Positions 1 to 8,472 of a stretch of DNA of 64,000 nucleotides are shown here, piece after piece. The first letter of the stretch is position 1. The number at the start of each line of letters is the position of its first letter. Source of the stretch: Candidatus Levyibacteriota bacterium. GTDB taxonomy: Bacteria > Patescibacteriota > Microgenomatia > Levybacterales > UBA12049. The stretch is from positions 1,553 to 65,552 of the forward strand of contig JAJDCH010000003.1 in the NCBI GenBank assembly GCA_029260905.1. The letters are read 5' to 3'. Under the pieces are notes generated by a model, which worked only from the letters and a program-made list of their open reading frames with translations, ran no database searches and had not been told where the DNA came from. The position numbers and the translations under genes are program-made.

Positions 1-1
1 T

Positions 2-805
2 TAATATTTCAAGGATTTGAAGAGCAAGTTGTGATGGGAGAGTGGGGAGAGATCTAATTTTTGATTTAGATTTTGCATGTTTTATAACAAAGCCAAGATC
101 AGATCTCCATGTATCAAATTTTTTGGCACCAATATTAAAAATCTCACCACTTGTTTTGACATTTAGTGCTTTTTCAACAGCCATAACAAGATCTGAAACT
201 GAAAGAAGTTGATATTTATTGTTTCCGTTTCCAAGAATAAATAGGCTATGATTTGAGAAAATTGCTTCAAACCAAAGCTCAAAAACACCAAGTCTTTCTA
301 TGCCAAGAAACGTTTTGGGACGAAGTATGTTTATTTCAAGCCCCTTTCTTTGATATTCAAGACAAAGTTTTTCTCCTTCCACCTTTGATATCCCATACCA
401 ACCAATTGGGTTGATCGGAGATGTTTCTTTTTCAGGTAAATGTTTGGGAACTCCATAAACTGCTGTGCTTGATATAAATACAAGTCTTTTAACTTTTTGT
501 TTGAGAGATTCATTTAGCACTGTTTTTGTACCATCTATGTTTACGCTGTAGATTGCTTTTTTTGAAACCTGAATGGGTAGAGCTGCAGCGGCATGAACTA
601 CAAAATCTTGGTTTTTGAGAAATTTTGAAAGAAGTTTGGCATTTCGAACATCTCCTTTTACAAATTTTACTTTCCCTATTAGATCTTTCGCATCAAGTCT
701 GCTTAAATCAAAAAGAGTAACTGCATAGTTCTTTTTAAGAAAGTGTCTTGCAAGGTGAACACCAAGAAATCCTGTTCCGCCTGTTATTAAAATCTTTTTT
801 TGCAC
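2..805 (-). CDS. NAD-dependent epimerase/dehydratase (3' end runs off window)
   Basis: Not in the ORF track; read manually from GTG at 805: (M)QKKILITGGTGFLG Rossmann motif, VVHAAA, YGISK (YxxxK catalytic motif). Confidence 0.88.
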   Translation of the reverse strand, partial: MQKKILITGGTGFLGVHLARHFLKKNYAVTLFDLSRLDAKDLIGKVKFVKGDVRNAKLLSKFLKNQDFVVHAAAALPIQVSKKAIYSVNIDGTKTVLNESLKQKVKRLVFISSTAVYGVPKHLPEKETSPINPIGWYGISKVEGEKLCLEYQRKGLEINILRPKTFLGIERLGVFELWFEAIFSNHSLFILGNGNNKYQLLSVSDLVMAVEKALNVKTSGEIFNIGAKKFDTWRSDLGFVIKHAKSKSKIRSLPTLPSQLALQILEIL

Positions 806-820
806 TAGGGTTATATTGTA

Positions 821-2503
821 CTATATGTTGGTTGTTTTTTTAAAGATCATAATTTTGGGATGATCAAAAACAGTAAAGTTTTCATCTGCTGACTGATCAT
901 TGATTTTAATGTTTAGAACAGGAACTGTTGGAAAGCTTACAAATTCTGCCACTTTTTCAAAGCCAAGGTTTTCTGAAAAAAGATCTTTATAATATTTTGC
1001 AGTTCTTGGATAGCATTTAAAGCTTGGAAGCTTGTCACATGCTGTTAGTTTTTGAAGAGGAACATAAAGTCTATTGGATGCAATTATTATGTAGTCAGTT
1101 TGTTCAAGGGTTTTATTAATTTCAATCCATTTCTCATCATTATCGTAATCATAAAGAGGAAGAGTAAAATTTTTATAACGTTGGCCATCAACAATAGGTA
1201 GTGTGTCGTCCCAATGTTCAGTTGCTATAGCTTTTCCTGCAGGAATGTTCTGAAGAACCCAATTGGTAGCTGTAATACGAGTATTTGCTTTGTTGTATAT
1301 TTGAATAAAGGATAAAGGCCAGATTAGAGAAGTAACAAGTAACAAGTAATAAGTAATAAGTTTAATGTTTGGTTTAATATTTTTGGTTAATTTATAGACG
1401 GCAAATCCAGCGAAGAGGCAAAACAGAGGGTAGAGTGGGATCATGTAACGCATGAACCCAACAGCAAATGATCCGATAACCAAAAAGTAAGGAATAAAAA
1501 AAGAGAATAGAATAATAATTTCATTGCTCCATTGCTCCAGTGTTTCATTATTGGTTTTTGTAAAAAAAGATTTGACAATAAAAATTATTCCCGCAAAAGA
1601 TAGAGTTGCGATAATGGGTCCAAGACCCCAAAGAAAAATATTTTTTAGTTCGTAAATATATGGAGTTTTTCCAACAAATTGAAGAGTGTATGGGAATATA
1701 AAGGGGTCTTTTGTCATTATAGACTGAAGAGTAGTCTGTTCCCAGAAGGTTTTAAAATCGATTAGAGCATAGGGCTCAAAAAGCACAAAAACAACAACTG
1801 CTAGTGGTAGGGATATCAAAGTATATTTAATAATTTTTTTAATTTTATTTTTTTTGTTATTTTTTAAAACAGAAAAAAGAATAGAGATCATTACAGGAAC
1901 TATCAAAATAAACGCACTTATTTTGGTTGCAAGTGCGGTGCCGAAAACAAGTCCAACAATAAGCGAGCTCTTGATATTTGGTTTTTCGTAAAAAACAATA
2001 AGCACATAAAGTGTCACAGTTATGAAAAAGGTAAGAAATGTGTCAACAGCGAAAAAATGGGAGAGTTGGATAGGAAGAACAGCTACTGCATAAAAAAATG
2101 ATCCAATCAGACCAGTTTGCTTGTTAAATATTTTTTTACCTATTTTAAAAAGAAAGACGATTGTCAGAAGATCTATGAATCCTGAGAGAAAACGACCAAC
2201 TATATTTATCTGATCATATGTTCCAAAAAGTGGATTCAGAACACTCATAATATTACCTGTAAAACGAAGTAGATAAAAAGGCATGCTTCCATAAGCAAAA
2301 AACTTTGGATTCCAGGGGCTCTCAGGAGAAAAAAATTCAGTAATGTTATCTGGAAAATTTAATTTATCTACAGCAATTACAATTGCCCTTTCATCTGGAT
2401 GCATATGAAAGCCACTGTCCCAGTTGATTCCATAGAATCTAAGAGCCCCCGCTAAAAAAAGGATACAAAATAATATTATTTTTGTTTTTAAAGTATCTTT
2501 CAT
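821..2503 (-). CDS. GT-C fold glycosyltransferase (PMT/ArnT-like, family 39/83-like)
   Basis: Multiple TM helices, N-terminal HPDER loop, FGTALATK, RYMIP. Start moved to ATG 2503 (MKDTLK) to avoid overlap with the upstream gene. Confidence 0.8.
   Translation of the reverse strand: MKDTLKTKIILFCILFLAGALRFYGINWDSGFHMHPDERAIVIAVDKLNFPDNITEFFSPESPWNPKFFAYGSMPFYLLRFTGNIMSVLNPLFGTYDQINIVGRFLSGFIDLLTIVFLFKIGKKIFNKQTGLIGSFFYAVAVLPIQLSHFFAVDTFLTFFITVTLYVLIVFYEKPNIKSSLIVGLVFGTALATKISAFILIVPVMISILFSVLKNNKKNKIKKIIKYTLISLPLAVVVFVLFEPYALIDFKTFWEQTTLQSIMTKDPFIFPYTLQFVGKTPYIYELKNIFLWGLGPIIATLSFAGIIFIVKSFFTKTNNETLEQWSNEIIILFSFFIPYFLVIGSFAVGFMRYMIPLYPLFCLFAGFAVYKLTKNIKPNIKLITYYLLLVTSLIWPLSFIQIYNKANTRITATNWVLQNIPAGKAIATEHWDDTLPIVDGQRYKNFTLPLYDYDNDEKWIEINKTLEQTDYIIIASNRLYVPLQKLTACDKLPSFKCYPRTAKYYKDLFSENLGFEKVAEFVSFPTVPVLNIKINDQSADENFTVFDHPKIMIFKKTTNI
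1330..1364. repeat. Heptamer tract inside GT-C gene 1
   Basis: AAGTAAC AAGTAAC AAGTAAT AAGTAAT AAGTTTA (KLITYYLLLVT). Confidence 0.8.
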
Positions 2504-2510
2504 GCAATTT

Positions 2511-4115
2511 TCATTTTTTCTTAAATATAAACACTGTTGGTCTATCAAAAACACTAGCTGTTTCTTCAAAAGAAAAAATTGGATTTCCAAGATAGGTTAT
2601 CTTACAAAATATATCACATGGCGATTGATAAATTTTCTCAAATCTCAGATTTTCGTTTAAAAGGTTTTTGTAGAAGTCATGTCCCTCTGAAAACTTATCT
2701 GGATTAAGGATTCGTGAACGGATTAATCTCTGACTTGGAAGAATTATATAATTTGACGAAAAAGCTAAGTTGTAAAGTCTTTCTTTATTTGCATCCAATG
2801 AATTATTATCCAATTCGTAAAAATTAAAATAAGTTGTGTTTGAAAGATTATAAAAAGGCATTATTCCAAGATCATATGGCTCAGTTAAGGTTTTTGCATC
2901 AGAAGAAAGGTTTGTGCTTGCAAACTTTGCAGCTACTATTCTGGTATCTTGTTTTACAAAAGCCGTAATAAAATAGGAAACTGCAAACATAACAGAGGAT
3001 GTTAGTAAGAGACTAAATACTAAATACTTGATACTTAATACCTCTTTATATTTTTTGAGCAAGTCTGAGATTGCAATTGCGATTATTAAGTAGATAAAGG
3101 GCAGGGTTGGTATCATGTATCGTGTCCATTTGGCAAAAAGAAATGATTGAGGAATGAAGAGTAGTAGAAAACTGATAACTAATAATAAATAACTGATATT
3201 TTTTTTATTTATACCTGTTAGTAAAACATAAAAAAACGATGGGATAAATAAAATAGTGAGAACAGGGTTTATAAGAAAAGGAAATATTTTTGTAAACTGA
3301 AAAATTACAGGAATGGTATTGGTAAAAGTCTGAGTATAAAAAACAGGAAGTTCTCCTGTTACAAGACCCCTTTCATAAATAAGTGAGTTTAGAAAATTAT
3401 GACTTAGGTAATTCGGAGACAAAATTATTGTCAATGATACCAAAAGAAAAAAACCAGCGACAAGATGTGGCAATTTTTTTAAAAATAACTTTTTGCTTCT
3501 TATTGATTTTAAAATTAGAAAAAAAGGTATTGCATTTAAAATTAAAAGATTTATTTTAGCTGAAGCGTTAAGTGCTATGAAAAGAATTGAAAAATAAAAG
3601 TTTGATAAATGTTTTGTTTTGGTGAATTTCAAAATGAAGTAAAAAGATATGATTGAAAAGAATGCGACAGATCCGTCATATGTTCCGAAATGCGCCTGCT
3701 GGATAAATCCTGTTGAAAAAGTTGCAAGAAAAAGCGCAAGCAAGCCTGTTTTTTTTGAGAAGAATTTACCACTTAGATATATGATATAAAGTGTAGCAAC
3801 CGAAAAAGAAGCTGAAAAAAACCTTATGATGAATCCTGTTTGTGTAAAAGGGTCAACTATGTTCTGAATTTTTAGGAAGGGTAAAAATATTGGTTTTAAA
3901 ATTAGCGTTAATAATACAGGAAAATTTCCGTATGCAAATGTGCCCTGAAATAGTGATGCGGGATCAGATAAAGAAGCGCCAAGAATTAGAACTATGATAT
4001 TTCTTTCATCTGGGTGAAAGAAAAAGGGTGCACCCCAATTGAGATTGTAAAACCTCAAGAAGGAACCAAAAATTGTTAGCAGTAATAGGATTCTATTATT
4101 TTTAATAAAATTCAT
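2511..4115 (-). CDS. GT-C fold glycosyltransferase (PMT/ArnT-like), paralog of the adjacent gene
   Basis: HPDER motif, polytopic membrane protein, RYMIP; C-terminal E-x-x-x-VFDRP matches the neighbour's VFDHP. Confidence 0.8.
   Translation of the reverse strand: MNFIKNNRILLLLTIFGSFLRFYNLNWGAPFFFHPDERNIIVLILGASLSDPASLFQGTFAYGNFPVLLTLILKPIFLPFLKIQNIVDPFTQTGFIIRFFSASFSVATLYIIYLSGKFFSKKTGLLALFLATFSTGFIQQAHFGTYDGSVAFFSIISFYFILKFTKTKHLSNFYFSILFIALNASAKINLLILNAIPFFLILKSIRSKKLFLKKLPHLVAGFFLLVSLTIILSPNYLSHNFLNSLIYERGLVTGELPVFYTQTFTNTIPVIFQFTKIFPFLINPVLTILFIPSFFYVLLTGINKKNISYLLLVISFLLLFIPQSFLFAKWTRYMIPTLPFIYLIIAIAISDLLKKYKEVLSIKYLVFSLLLTSSVMFAVSYFITAFVKQDTRIVAAKFASTNLSSDAKTLTEPYDLGIMPFYNLSNTTYFNFYELDNNSLDANKERLYNLAFSSNYIILPSQRLIRSRILNPDKFSEGHDFYKNLLNENLRFEKIYQSPCDIFCKITYLGNPIFSFEETASVFDRPTVFIFKKK
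3012..3039. repeat. Heptamer tract inside GT-C gene 2
   Basis: ACTAAAT ACTAAAT ACTTGAT ACTTAAT (LSIKYLVFS). Confidence 0.72.
3170..3197. repeat. Second heptamer tract inside GT-C gene 2
   Basis: AACTGAT AACTAAT AATAAAT AACTGAT (ISYLLLVIS). Confidence 0.65.
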
Positions 4116-4160
4116 AAATCAGATCAATTCTAAATTTTAAACTTATTTTTTATTACTTAA

Positions 4161-5447
4161 TTATGAATTCTGAATTAGCTTTGAGATTTTTTCTCCTAAT
4201 TCAACAGCATAGTTGGTTCCTCGGTCCCAGGGATAGACCTGCTGCATATTAGCAAGAAAAACATTTTTTATCGGTGTATTAAATGATGGAACCATTTTTG
4301 AATAATTAACAGGGATAATCGGCTGAGCAAATGGCACGCTGAATTTTTTGGTTGCAATTATACTATTCATGTAGTCTAGATTTAACTTTTTAAGAAAAGG
4401 ATCAAAAGTCTTTAATAGTTGATCTTCATTCATTAAAAAATATTTATGTTCTTTTGGTAGGTAATGACCCAGATAGACAAGATGCTCGTTGTTGTAGTGC
4501 TTGTTGTCTATAAAATTGGTGTGTTCTACAATTGCTAGAACTGGCGCTTTTGGGTCACAGATACTAAGCCAATATGTATTATCTTTGAAAAATTGTTTTT
4601 TGAGCCTAAGGACAAGTATAATTGCCCCGAGTCCCTTAAGTTGCATAAGTGAGCTTTTATATTTTTCTGGAAGTTGAGGGGCAAGCTTCAAAAACGTGAA
4701 TGATGGCAGGGTAACAATGACCTTGTCATAGTTTTTTATTTCTAATTTTAAATTTCCAATAGTTTTATATTTAATTTGAGGTTTAGTTGTTGAAGAAATG
4801 CTAAGCACATCAGTATTGAAATAAAACTTTCCGCCTTGTCTTTTTATTTCATTTGCTATAGTTTGTGCAAATTTGAGAAATCCTCCTTCAGGATAAGCAA
4901 GGCTTGTTGTTCTTTTGGCGATTCGCGCCCAAAACCATGCGAGAGATACGTTTTTTGCATACTTTCCAAATTTGCCTATCAGAAGAGGTTCCCAAAGTAT
5001 TTTGTATGCTTTTTTGCCAATTGTTTTTGATAAGAAATCTGTAGCAGTAAATTTTTCAAGCGGTTTCCAGAAGGGATTGAATTTAAGAAATGCCAAGACA
5101 AGACCCATTTGTAGACGCTGGAGAAAAGATATTTTTTTAAATTTAAGAAGAGTTGCTGGGGAATCAAGTTCATAGATTTTGCCATCAATATATGAATTTG
5201 TTTTGGGTCTTTTGATAAGCACGGGATAGTCTAGCTCTTTAGCAAGGCCTAGGATTGCCTTGTCGTTGGTAAACCAGTGGTGGTAAAATGATTCGAAAGT
5301 CCACTTCCATCCCTTTTCCTGATAGCCGACTGCTAATCCTCCAGGATTTGCATCTTTTTCAAAAATAGTAACATTGTGTCCCTTTTGGGTAAGTCTTAAC
5401 GCAGCGGTAAGTCCTGTAAATCCTGCGCCAACAATTGCAATTTCCAT
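4161..5447 (-). CDS. FAD-dependent oxidoreductase (HemY/amine-oxidase-like, PRK07233-like)
   Basis: IAIVGAGFTGL Rossmann, GGLA, YHHWF, C-terminal YPWDRGTNYAV. Confidence 0.8.
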   Translation of the reverse strand: MEIAIVGAGFTGLTAALRLTQKGHNVTIFEKDANPGGLAVGYQEKGWKWTFESFYHHWFTNDKAILGLAKELDYPVLIKRPKTNSYIDGKIYELDSPATLLKFKKISFLQRLQMGLVLAFLKFNPFWKPLEKFTATDFLSKTIGKKAYKILWEPLLIGKFGKYAKNVSLAWFWARIAKRTTSLAYPEGGFLKFAQTIANEIKRQGGKFYFNTDVLSISSTTKPQIKYKTIGNLKLEIKNYDKVIVTLPSFTFLKLAPQLPEKYKSSLMQLKGLGAIILVLRLKKQFFKDNTYWLSICDPKAPVLAIVEHTNFIDNKHYNNEHLVYLGHYLPKEHKYFLMNEDQLLKTFDPFLKKLNLDYMNSIIATKKFSVPFAQPIIPVNYSKMVPSFNTPIKNVFLANMQQVYPWDRGTNYAVELGEKISKLIQNS

Positions 5448-5461
5448 ATTTATAATCTATA

Positions 5462-6847
5462 TCAAAGGAGGAAGAAAAGTATACCACCAATAATAACAGT
5501 AAGTATAATTCCAAATGCGCCAGCCAATGCTGTAGGGTTTCCGCTTGCCGGAATTGTGGGTTGAGCAATTATACCAGATGGTACTGGGCTTATTTGATGA
5601 GGTTCGGTCGGACTTGGTACTTCAGTGATAATTTGGGTAGGGTTTGGGCTTGGTGAACCTGTTGGACTTAGATCAGGCGTCGGACTTGGTACTTCAGTTG
5701 GTGTTTGTATGGGTGATGGCGTTAGAGCTGTTTCTGTAAATTGACTTCCTGATGCAGATACAATAAATGAACGAGATATTGTTTGTGTTTCTCCGTTTGC
5801 ATTTGGAGCTGTAACCGTAATGTCATGTTCGCCTGGTTCAAGTGGTTTGTCAGGTCTATAAACCCAAGATCCGTTTTCATCTGCTGTTACAGTTGTATTT
5901 ATGGGATCTGATTCAATTGTTATTTCAACTGTTGAGTTTGGTGCAGCTGTTCCTCTAAATTGTGGTTGTTGGTCGTTAAATTTCTCGTCTGATTCTGGAG
6001 TAAGAATTGCTACCTCTGTTGCGGGTTCAATATCAACTTGTGGAAAATTAGCCGACTGACTAGCTGTTTCCTCATTGGTTAATGGCTGGTCGCTTTTGAC
6101 GAAATTATAATTTTTGGAAAGAATTACAGGAGGGATTGGATTTGCTTTTCCTGCAAGAAATGAAACAAAAGATTTTTTGGTGGAATCGATTATTTCCATA
6201 TTTACAACAGTATCATCAGTTAGCGGTACGTCTTGAGCAAGATTAGCTGTAAGAAGTGGTGATAAATCAAGCGAATAATTTCCTCCAGTTGTCACAAGAG
6301 TTGAAAGGATTTGAGATGATTGGGTTTTGACATAAACAATACCCTCAATTGGTGTTGTCCCATCTTCAAATGCAATCTTTCCCTCAACAGACCTTGGTGT
6401 TAAGGGCTTTGTTGAGTTTTCAGGAGCAGTTGTTACCTCGTATGGTACAGAGTTATTATCATACTCCGAGTCGCCTGAAAGAATTTTAAAGTAAAAATTT
6501 GCCTGTGGTGTTAAACCAGGGACAGTAATGTAGTGGACGCGGTAATCGCTTGGTTTGTTTGAGTTTTTATCTCTGTTATCAAGTATTACAGTTCCAAGCT
6601 CAGGTGATGTTCCATAGTTAAGGGCTGCAGGAATTTGATCATCAGTAATATATGAGACAGTGAATGAATCTTCTTTAATGTTGGTTATTCTTACATCTTT
6701 TGGTACGCTACTGACTGCAGCTCGAGTTCCAAATAGAATTGCATTTCCTGAAAGCCATCCAATTGTCACAAGAGAAATCAAAAGGACTATAAATCCAAAA
6801 GGCTTGGGAAGTTTCTTGTTTAAAAATTTATTTTTAAAGTTATTCAT
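5462..6847 (-). CDS. Membrane-anchored surface protein with Fn3-like and bacterial Ig-like domains and a P/T/S-rich stalk
   Basis: N-terminal TM; HYITVPGLTP Fn3-like segment; GTAAPNSTVEI...ADENGSW...LEPGEHDITV Ig-like segment; PT-rich stalk; IPASG followed by a C-terminal TM. Confidence 0.72.
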   Translation of the reverse strand: MNNFKNKFLNKKLPKPFGFIVLLISLVTIGWLSGNAILFGTRAAVSSVPKDVRITNIKEDSFTVSYITDDQIPAALNYGTSPELGTVILDNRDKNSNKPSDYRVHYITVPGLTPQANFYFKILSGDSEYDNNSVPYEVTTAPENSTKPLTPRSVEGKIAFEDGTTPIEGIVYVKTQSSQILSTLVTTGGNYSLDLSPLLTANLAQDVPLTDDTVVNMEIIDSTKKSFVSFLAGKANPIPPVILSKNYNFVKSDQPLTNEETASQSANFPQVDIEPATEVAILTPESDEKFNDQQPQFRGTAAPNSTVEITIESDPINTTVTADENGSWVYRPDKPLEPGEHDITVTAPNANGETQTISRSFIVSASGSQFTETALTPSPIQTPTEVPSPTPDLSPTGSPSPNPTQIITEVPSPTEPHQISPVPSGIIAQPTIPASGNPTALAGAFGIILTVIIGGILFFLL

Positions 6848-7170
6848 TATTCTCCTTCTAGGCTCTCAACCCTTATTAACTCTCCGCTTTGATTCCCTGT
6901 AATAGGTGTTTGTAAAGAAGCAGAAGGGGATGAAGATTCTGATTGCTGCAAAGTAAATATAGGTTCGATTTGCTGGCGTGATTTAATTTTTTGAATTTCA
7001 TTAATGTCAAAACTTGGGTCAATTGGTTCAATCTGGATTTGTAGATCGGGTTCAATTGTTGACGTTGCAATTGTGTGGAAGATATTAAAAGAAACCCAGG
7101 CAATCGTAAGAACAGCTGATGAGATTGCTAGATATAAAATATCTTTTTGAATTCTGTTTTTCTTTTTCAT
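6847..7170 (-). CDS. Hypothetical single-TM protein downstream of pilO (PilP-position gene)
   Basis: Basic N-terminus plus one TM; overlaps pilO by 4 nt and the next gene by 1 nt. Confidence 0.6.
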   Translation of the reverse strand: MKKKNRIQKDILYLAISSAVLTIAWVSFNIFHTIATSTIEPDLQIQIEPIDPSFDINEIQKIKSRQQIEPIFTLQQSESSSPSASLQTPITGNQSGELIRVESLEGE

Positions 7171-7784
7171 TTCTTAAAAAAACTCCTTGCTCTTAGACTC
7201 ATGCTCAAATCATCAGATTCCTGGCTTTTGGTAATTGAAATTGACTCGATAACAACCAAACGATTGAAATCAGCCAATGAGTTTGTGAATCCAACAAGAT
7301 TGTCATATGTTCCATCAGCAACAATAAAAACAGTAAACGATGCATCATCGTTTGCTGGTTCTGATCTTGCTAACTCCACTTCTGATACTTGGATAGAGCT
7401 TTGTTCCAAGCCGTGTTTTTCAATAAGAGCCTGAATCTGACCTGTTAAAGTTGGTACCTCAGGATTGTTGGGAATTGCAGACATAACATAAGGTAAATCA
7501 TTTTCTATTTCAAGATATTGTCTTGAAAGTGATCCCAGATTTTCTGTTTTTTCATCTAGTTTAGTTTTTACAAAAACTGCGTCATCATGTTGTCTTCTGA
7601 GATCAAATATGGTTGTGAGTGTTGGGTTTATCGCAAATATTCCAAAGAATGATATCGCAAAAAAAGTAAAAATAAGAGCAATAAAAATTCTAGATCTGTC
7701 TGACTCTATCTTTGGAAGAATTTTGAGATACGCTTTATAGCGTTTGGCGCTTATATTTTCAAAATAGTTTTTGGGTAGTTTCAT
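7167..7784 (-). CDS. pilO: Type IV pilus assembly protein PilO-like
   Basis: TM-coiled coil-ferredoxin-like layout; GTYDNLVGFTNSLADFNRLVVIESISI matches the PilO GxY..F...L....R signature. Confidence 0.75.
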   Translation of the reverse strand: MKLPKNYFENISAKRYKAYLKILPKIESDRSRIFIALIFTFFAISFFGIFAINPTLTTIFDLRRQHDDAVFVKTKLDEKTENLGSLSRQYLEIENDLPYVMSAIPNNPEVPTLTGQIQALIEKHGLEQSSIQVSEVELARSEPANDDASFTVFIVADGTYDNLVGFTNSLADFNRLVVIESISITKSQESDDLSMSLRARSFFKK

Positions 7785-7786
7785 AA

Positions 7787-8323
7787 TTATTTTTTTATCT
7801 GTCCTATGATACTCATATTTATTAATCCTTTTGATGTTTTGTTTTCAACACTACTTATTGATATAGCTGTTATATTATCAATTCTTTTTAAATCTTCAAC
7901 GAAAGTATTTAGCGCATTTGATGATTGTCCCTGAACCTCAAGTGTAAATGTAGATCCCGATGCAGCAATATTAACAAATGTAACACGGTTTTTACCAAGG
8001 TCGATAATTTTGATTATGATATCTGATATTTTTGATTTATTTTCATCTTCCCCGCTTGCAATAGACAGTCTTTCCTGAAGGTTTCTGTATTTTTTTTCGT
8101 TGTCTTCAAAGCTTTTTAGGAAGAAGCTCTGATTTTTAATCTCATCATGTAGATCAACAATTTTCATATCAATTGTAAATCTGTATATGAAAACGGAAAG
8201 AGCAAGTGTTTGAGTGATAATAATAAGAAGCCGACCGACCGTAAGTGCCCAATTTAGAAATTGGTTGAGAAGCCCACCATCCTTTTTGGGAATAAGATTG
8301 ATAGAATTCATGCTCTTCTCCAT
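7787..8323 (-). CDS. pilN: PilN-like type IV pilus assembly protein
   Basis: N-terminal INLIP motif (PilM-binding INLLP), TM and coiled coil; upstream of pilO. Start is 8323 or 8311. Confidence 0.7.
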   Translation of the reverse strand: MEKSMNSINLIPKKDGGLLNQFLNWALTVGRLLIIITQTLALSVFIYRFTIDMKIVDLHDEIKNQSFFLKSFEDNEKKYRNLQERLSIASGEDENKSKISDIIIKIIDLGKNRVTFVNIAASGSTFTLEVQGQSSNALNTFVEDLKRIDNITAISISSVENKTSKGLINMSIIGQIKK

Positions 8324-8417
8324 AGAATTAAAGACGCTTAATAAGCGACTAATTTTAGTCTATGCAAAGGAGAGCAAAAAGTCAAAGAAATTCGTTCTGG
8401 AAAATTGGAGAGATTTG

Positions 8418-8426
8418 TGCTATACT
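8418..8426 (+). promoter_or_regulatory. Extended -10 promoter of fusA
   Basis: TGCTATACT about 46 nt upstream of the fusA ATG. Confidence 0.5.
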
Positions 8427-8472
8427 TTCTTTGATCTCAAAGCTGATACAATCAGTTTTGAGCTTTTATTTT

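Noticed and set aside
8311-8376. Possible multibranch RNA structure at the pilN start (CATAGA/TCTATG enclosing two small hairpins)
   Set aside because: Short AT-rich, partly overlapping stems that cannot be distinguished from chance by eye.
8362-8472. 37-aa N-terminal extension of EF-G, and similar extensions on rplC, rpsQ, rpsE, FKBP and cohesin ORFs
   Set aside because: Longest-ORF artefacts; promoter elements and homology point to downstream ATGs.
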